From assembly GCA_951406725.2 (NCBI GenBank), contig OX597836.1, positions 6,634,001 to 6,698,000 on the forward strand: a stretch of 64,000 nucleotides of DNA, written 5' to 3'. The notes under the pieces are model-generated. The model saw only the letters and a list, made by a program, of their open reading frames with translations. It was not told where the DNA came from and did no database searches. A program made the translations under genes and the position numbers. Below, in pieces: positions 57,465 through 64,000 of the stretch (within the stretch, counting starts at the first letter, position 1; each line of letters opens with the position of its first letter). This stretch comes from Octopus vulgaris (lineage: Eukaryota).

Positions 57465-58239
57465 GTAGTTATGTTATATGAGCTTATATAGTGTAAATGA
57501 CGTTATACGGTGAGATAGAAACACAGATGTATGAGGCCATGCGAATTGGGCTACCTTTTATCATATTATTTTTTTAAAACCGTTCTGTTTCTTGTAAATC
57601 ATTTTGGGAGGACAGGCAGTCGAATAAAAGAGTGTTTGGTTTACTTCACAGCTACGAATCTTTTCGTAACTTCAATTCCATTTTAAAACATTTAATTTTC
57701 GTTTTCATTCCATTTCATTTTAATTCCTGAACGTTCTAATGTATTTGTGTATATCCGTAGACCTCTACCCTCAAAACAAGTTTACTGAAGGATTTTTTTT
57801 AGAGCATTCACAAATATGAACATCTATTTATGAGCAATATACGTTGTAATACGGTGGAGCAATATTGTTGGGTACCATGTTGGTATAAAATGTTATAGAG
57901 ACCAGCGGTAAATATTGAATTTGTTAGATCAAGCTATAAAGACAAAAGCGTTATATGACAGAAGAGATTGTGTGATACAGTTTGTCCGGGTGAGATATAA
58001 ATTATTAGCTTATGTTAAGCGATTGACAGTGTTGCATGATGGGACAGAATCTGTGGTAAAGTTTTGCATATAGGATATAGAAATTGTTAGCACAGGTATA
58101 ATGGAGGATAGTATATAGGCACGGACGTGGCTGTGTGGTTAGAAGTGTACTTCCCAACCACATGGTTCCGGGTTCAGTCCCACTGCGTGGCATCTTGGGC
58201 AAGTGTCTTCTACAGTAGTCTAAGAGGACCGATACTTTA

Positions 58240-58582
58240 TTTTTTTAAGCTACTCGCTCTCTGTGGAACCTAACCCATCGACGACTTTTCTCCACTCAGT
58301 GCTGTCAGGGCCACTCTTTTAGTGTGGGGTGGGGTGTTTCCCCGAGGAAAAATCCTTCCTCTCCCAAATCTGGGTGGTTTTGAATTTGGCCTTTCTGTAA
58401 CTTTGCTTTTTTTTTTTTTTTATAAGTAGGGGTGTTGACCCCAAGCAAGCCCATTTTATCTCCGAAAAGAGGTGGTCCATATTTTTCTTGCCTCTATCCT
58501 TTGACCTGTCCAGTATGGAAATCCTACCAGGAGCTTACACATCACTGGTGTAGCTCTCGGGGTCATTAAAACACTCAAGCCA
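58240..58582 (-). mobile_element. Internally deleted (bipartite) RTE-type non-autonomous retroelement
   Basis: Minus strand 5' part ggcttgagtg...atgaccccgagagctacacc...aagctcctggtagg...gacaggtcaaagg (RTE 5'UTR-like) joined to a 3' part encoding EWRKVVDGLGSTES (RTE C-terminus-like). Confidence 0.6.
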
Positions 58583-59123
58583 GCAAAATGCAATAAGGAC
58601 TGGACCTTGTGTTGGATGGTGGACCGATGAAATACAAAAAGGAGTGAGTAACACGGTACGAAGATACACTGAGATGTGATAAGCCGGAACAGTGTGATGC
58701 GGGCAATGTGCTGCAATATGGTCGATGTTGTCTAATATGGCGAGACAGTATAAATATAGACAGATTGGTTTGATGTGGTGGCAAGGGGGGTGGAATGAAT
58801 TATTGGACGATAGACAAAGCAATGTAGTCAGCGTTGAGTAATATACTGACTTTTATCTTCTGTTTGTTTCAGTCATTTGTCTGTGGTCATGCTGGAGCAC
58901 CGTCTTGAAGAATCGTTTGTTGAACGAATCGACCCCAAAACTTAGTTATTTCCTTAAAAACTTAGTGCTTATTCTGTCGGTCTCTTTGGCCGGTTTTCTT
59001 CGCTGGGCCTAAGGGCAAGGCAGAGCCCACGGACCTTGCTAACTCTCCGAGATAGAGGATATAAATATAAATGCTGTAGGAAAAGTTTCAAATTTTGTCA
59101 CTGAGCCAGAAATTTTTGAAAGG

Positions 59124-59886
59124 AAGGGCTAAACATAGAGAGGACAAACAAGGACAGACAAACGGATTAAGTCGATTATATCGACCCCAGTGCGTAACTG
59201 GTACTTATCTAATCGACCTCGAAAGGATGAAAAGCAAAGTCGACCTCGGCGGAATTTGAACTCAGAACGTAGCCGCAGACAAATACATATTTCTTCACTA
59301 CCCACAAGGGGCTAACACAGAGAGGACAAACAAGGACACACAAACGGATTAAGTCGATTATATCGACCCCAGTGCATAACTGGTACTTATTTAATCGACC
59401 CCGAAAGGATGAAAGGCAAAGTCGACCTCGGCGGAATTTGAACTCAGAACGTAGCCGCAGACAAATACATATTTCTTCACTACCCACAAGGGGCTAACAC
59501 AGAGAGGACAAACAAGGACACACAAACGGATTAAGTCGATTATATCGACCCCAGTGCATAACTGGTACTTATTTAATCGACCCCGAAAGGATGAAAGGCA
59601 AAGTCGACCTCGGCGGAATTTGAACTCAGAACGTAGCGGCAGACGAAATGCCTATTTCTTTACTACCCACAAGGGGCTAAACACAGAGAGAGGACAAACA
59701 AGGACACACAAACCGATTAAGTCGATTATATCGACCCCAGTGTGTAACTGGTAATTATTTAATCGACCCCGAAAGGATGAAAAGCAAAGTCGACTTCGGC
59801 GGAATTTGAACTCAGAACGTAGCGGCAGACGAAATATCGCTAAGCATTTCGCCCGGGTGTGCTAACATTTCTACCAGCTCGCCGCC
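59124..59886 (-). mobile_element. Tandem four-unit array of SINE family A (~182-bp period)
   Basis: Unit junctions at ~59286, ~59468 and ~59651; only the unit ending at 59886 has the complete head. Confidence 0.92.
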
Positions 59887-60382
59887 GGATGGCCTACAGG
59901 TCATTTGATAGATTACGCTAAGGCATAGAACTGAGCAAATTATCAACAAAGGATCGTGTGTAATACATACCCTTATAAGGAAATAAAAATCAGATTTAGA
60001 TATCGATTACATCAGTGCATTATCGTCTCCGTGAACCCTTACGTTAGATATAACGCAACCCTCACCCCCGCCTCTCTCTCTCTCTCTCTCTCTCTCATTC
60101 TCTTCATCTGTGTCTGTGTGTGAGTTTCCCCCTCCCCTTTTCCACCCCCTCTCTCTCTCTTGTTTTCTGTCTCTCCCTCTATAGCACCGTTGTCTCTTTC
60201 CCACCCCATCGTCCACCCCTAACTTGACATATTTGGTAACAGATGCATATCATATGAGTTATAGATCGTGTGCACGCCACCCACGTACATCAAGTCAACT
60301 CATCCTGCCTCGCTTTCTCTATATTCGATCTCTCTCTCTCTCTCCCACTATGTATACACATATACACACGCACGCACACAGA

Positions 60383-60457
<75 letters not shown>

Positions 60458-60504
60458 ACATATATATACACACGCAAACAACAAAGATACATGAATATAT
60501 ATAT

Positions 60505-60793
60505 CGTCGTTATGGCACTCCGTCGGTTACGACGACGAGGGTTGATCCGATCAACGGAACAGCTTGCCTTGTGGCTGAGCACTCCACAGACACGTGTACC
60601 CTTATCGTAGTTTTCAGGGAGATTCATCGTGACACAGAGTGGGACAAGGGTGGCCCTTTGAAATGCAGGTACAGCACATTTTTGCCAGCTGAGTGAACTG
60701 GAGCATTGAGAAATAAAGTCTCTTGCTCAAGGACCCAACGCTCAACGACACATTACGATCGTGAGCCGATTACTCTAACCACTAAGCCACGCG

Positions 60794-60795
<2 letters not shown>
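60505..60795 (-). mobile_element. SINE family D copy
   Basis: Homologous to 24168-24498. Confidence 0.8.
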
Positions 60796-60858
<63 letters not shown>

Positions 60859-60860
<2 letters not shown>

Positions 60861-61248
60861 TTTATATATAAAAGTGAAGTTGTGTGTCTGTCTCCTACGA
60901 TTTAGATTCCTAACTACTCCCACATTTTGCGGTGCAGTTTAACCAAAAGCGAGTATCTTATAGTCGTGATTCATATCGTGCCCTTCTGGGTATTAGCGCG
61001 CGTCTACGATGAGTCTACGATTTAAAAAAAAATTTACCATCAATTTTTCCAATTTTTTATGCATTTTTGGCATATATAAGGGAAGTAACTCTCTAAAAAT
61101 TTATTATTAAATCTCAGAACGTAAAAAGCTACAGTAACCCCCCTTTGTGGTTAGCCATATTGAGATGGCTATTATACTTTACATCTCTAAAAATGCTTAT
61201 ATAGTTATTTCTCTTACAAACCCGAGCAACGCCGGGCGATACTGCTAG
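60859..61248 (+). mobile_element. Non-autonomous Helitron inserted in (TA)n
   Basis: 5' ctttatatataaaag; subterminal hairpin cccgagcaacgccggg (61221-61236); terminal CTAG followed by T. Confidence 0.8.
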
Positions 61249-61544
61249 TATATATATATATATATAAGTTCGGCAAAATTTAGATTCAGATGAATATGGT
61301 ACTTAAGTTAAAGGCACCAAGGGATATGAATGTGCATTGTCCGTTTAATTGGAAAATTCTATATGTGGCTGAAGATTGCTCGACATTTTAAAACTGATGC
61401 AATACTTATAGTGTTTAATAAAATGAAGTAGCATGAACCATTTGTACTACTCTACCTTGGATATCCTTGTTGCTTATTTGGATATATATATATATATACA
61501 CACATATATATACATATGTATGTGGGGAGAGAATATCTGTGTAT

Positions 61545-61840
61545 GAAGCTCTTCCTCGGTTACGATGACATGTGTCCCAGTTGATCCGAACAACGGGACA
61601 GCTTGCTAGTAAAATTAACGTGCAAGTGGTTGAGTACTCCACAGACAAGCGTAAAGGAAATTCAAATTCAATGTCACACGTGGAATGTGGTGAAGGTGAC
61701 TCCTTGAATTACAGGTACAACTCATTTTTACCAGGTGAGTGATGAAGTGGAGCAATGTGAAATAAAGTGTCTTGCTCAAGGACATAACGCTCCACCGGGA
61801 ATCGAACTCGCGACCTTACGATCGTGACCTGAATACCCTA
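61545..61840 (-). mobile_element. SINE family D copy
   Basis: Homologous to 24168-24498. Confidence 0.8.
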
Positions 61841-61982
61841 TACATCCATCCATACATGCATACATGCATAATTATTCCTAATTAGCTTTATCACTAAGGA
61901 GGTCAGAATATGCCAGAAGCATGTCCGAATTTGTTCCACGTATTTCTTATAATAATATTAGTTTTGCACCGTAATGTGTAAC

Positions 61983-62132
61983 TCTGTGGTAAGAAGCTTA
62001 CTTTTACAACCACATGGTTCCGGTTTTAGTCCCACTGCGTGGCACCTGGGGCAAGTATCTTCTACCATAGACTCGGGCTGACCAAAGCCCTGGGAGTGGA
62101 TTTAGAAGACAGAAACTGAAAGAAGCCCGTTG
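61983..62132 (+). mobile_element. SINE family B 5' half
   Basis: ctgtggtaagaagc ... gaaactgaaagaagcccg followed by (TG)n. Confidence 0.8.
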
Positions 62133-62146
62133 TGCACTTATATATT

Positions 62147-62183
<37 letters not shown>

Positions 62184-62347
62184 GTGTGCGTGTGCGCGCG
62201 TGTGTGTGTGCGCGCGTGTCTGTGTGTGTGTGTGTGTGTGTCTATCGATTAATCTATCTATGTATAATTGTTAAACAGGACGTCAAACACTAAGGCATGG
62301 CAAGCATCTCAAGTTGTATACAATATTATTACAGGAAGAAGTTCAAA

Positions 62348-62403
62348 ATCTTACAGTTGTTTTCGAGATACCCTCGAGTATGGGATATTCCTTCATCAGA
62401 GAC
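62348..62403 (-). ncRNA. Type I hammerhead ribozyme (diverged copy)
   Basis: Minus strand GUCU-CUGAUGA-A-GGAAUAUCC...GGGUAUCUC-GAAAA-CAACUG-UA-AGAU. Confidence 0.65.
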
Positions 62404-62563
62404 AAATTGGGGAGGTTTCTATAACTTTGAAAAGTTGAACCATGAACTTTTATGCCTCTGTTTTTCTTCTCTCATTCCATCTCCTTATTCTTTTACTCCC
62501 ATCCTGTATGTTACAATCTTATTGATATATACCATTCTCATTGTCCTCATTTTCCCCCAATAT

Positions 62564-62619
62564 GTCTCTGATGAGGGAATAGCCCATACTCGAGGATATC
62601 ACAGAAACAGCTGTAAGAC
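62564..62619 (+). ncRNA. Type I hammerhead ribozyme with palindromic stem III
   Basis: GUCU-CUGAUGA-G...-GAAA-CAGCUG-UA-AGAC; predicted cleavage after GUA (62615); stem II eroded. Confidence 0.75.
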
Positions 62620-62891
62620 TTTGAATTTCTTCTTGTAATAATATTGTATACGACTCGAGATGTTTGCCTTGCCTTAATGTTTGACGTATGGATTTATATG
62701 TGTGTGTGTCTAACTTTCTAACTATTGATCAATCTACCGATTAATCTATCTGTTTATCTATGTTTAATTGTTAAACAATGGCTCCATAACTACCGTCTCG
62801 GCTATAACCTTGGAGCCTTAGTAATCCGTTACACCACTTACCTAGCGTACCTAATCGTTTAGATCACCTGTGAACTAAACTCCCATACTTT

Positions 62892-63065
62892 GTATGTATG
62901 TATGTATGTATGTATGTATGTATGTATGTATGTATGTATGTATGTATGTATGTCTGTATGTATGTATGTATGTATATATGTATGTATGTAGGTATCTATC
63001 TATCTATATATCCGTCCGTCTGTCTTCTTGTTTTTCTATTCATTTACCCTCTGTATGTCTATCTG

Positions 63066-63114
<49 letters not shown>

Positions 63115-63115
63115 A

Positions 63116-63162
<47 letters not shown>

Positions 63163-63175
63163 TTATCTATCTATC
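62892..63175. repeat. (TATG)n and (TATC)n arrays
   Basis: Directly visible. Confidence 0.95.
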
Positions 63176-63837
63176 AACCTATATAACAAGTTAGTTATTT
63201 ATCTACCTACTTATCATCTATTTATCACAGCTATTTTGGTTTAGCTTTTTCATGCTCACTGCATTTACATATATTAACACTAACTCAACAATTGTTTATC
63301 ATATGGATGAAAAATCAGATTTATGTATCGTCAAAACAATTATCTAAGGACATAGTTTATTTACAGTATACTGAATAACCAAAAAATTTATATCAAGATC
63401 TCCCTATCATACTCTATTGAAGTCTGAAATATGGCTGAATCGGGACAGTAATTCAAAACACAACGTAGATATATTTGAAATATCTCAGGTGGAAGTCTAG
63501 TTAAAAATTTTTGAAAGCCATTAGGAAGAGCAATTAAATAAGTATGGACCTTTGAAAATCAACTTGTTATAACATAATATCCTGACATGGATGAATAGAC
63601 AATAAAGTTTTGACAAGGCTGGAAAATTTGCTGAGAGCGTTTGTTCATTTTTGAAACTCAAAAGTTTGAAGTAAAGATAAAAAGCGGTGAAATCGATTTT
63701 TAACGCTATTTCAAGTGCACCAAGTGCCATAGAACGATACGTAGGACATAAATTACGTACCGGGTTTCCTTTCAATCAAAGAAAAAAACACACAACGTTA
63801 CACACACTCGCACACACGCATATTTACACACACATAT

Positions 63838-63906
<69 letters not shown>

Positions 63907-63916
63907 TACGTATATT

Positions 63917-63962
<46 letters not shown>

Positions 63963-64000
63963 TACATATATACATATACACAAATATATAGATGCATGTA

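Larger units (their letters stand above)
62280..62687. mobile_element. Inverted pair of PLE pseudo-LTR-like units, each with a hammerhead motif
   Basis: 62280-62412 is a diverged reverse complement of 62553-62687, with a ~140-bp spacer. Confidence 0.8.

Noticed and set aside
59124-59886. Regularly spaced repeats superficially resembling a CRISPR array
   Set aside because: Whole ~182-bp units are repeated with no unique spacers; eukaryotic SINE sequence and no cas genes.

Overview
Eukaryotic, AT-rich, extremely microsatellite-dense non-coding DNA. The SINE repertoire and (TA)n/(TACA)n/(CA)n/(AGAT)n load suggest a cephalopod, probably Octopus (inference from repeat types). I can support no intact protein-coding gene; almost every ORF in the track is a translated microsatellite. 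The window is a mosaic of four tRNA-headed SINE families, decayed LINEs (RTE/BovB-like, CR1-group), a Penelope-like element (PLE) ORF fragment, mariner fragments and MITEs, an hAT MITE with an 8-bp TSD and a non-autonomous Helitron. The most interesting signal is a set of sequence-unrelated short elements carrying minimal PLE-type hammerhead ribozyme (HHR) motifs. Several sit in or next to microsatellites and have 5' inverted self-copies (62.3-62.7 kb, 44.1-44.6 kb, 23.0-23.4 kb, possibly 22.0-22.2 kb; a single HHR at 40.5 kb). One is a tRNA-promoter SINE fused to an HHR tail (23.0-23.4 kb), a candidate PLE-mobilised, ribozyme-bearing SINE. All structures were read by eye; no folding or database search was run.
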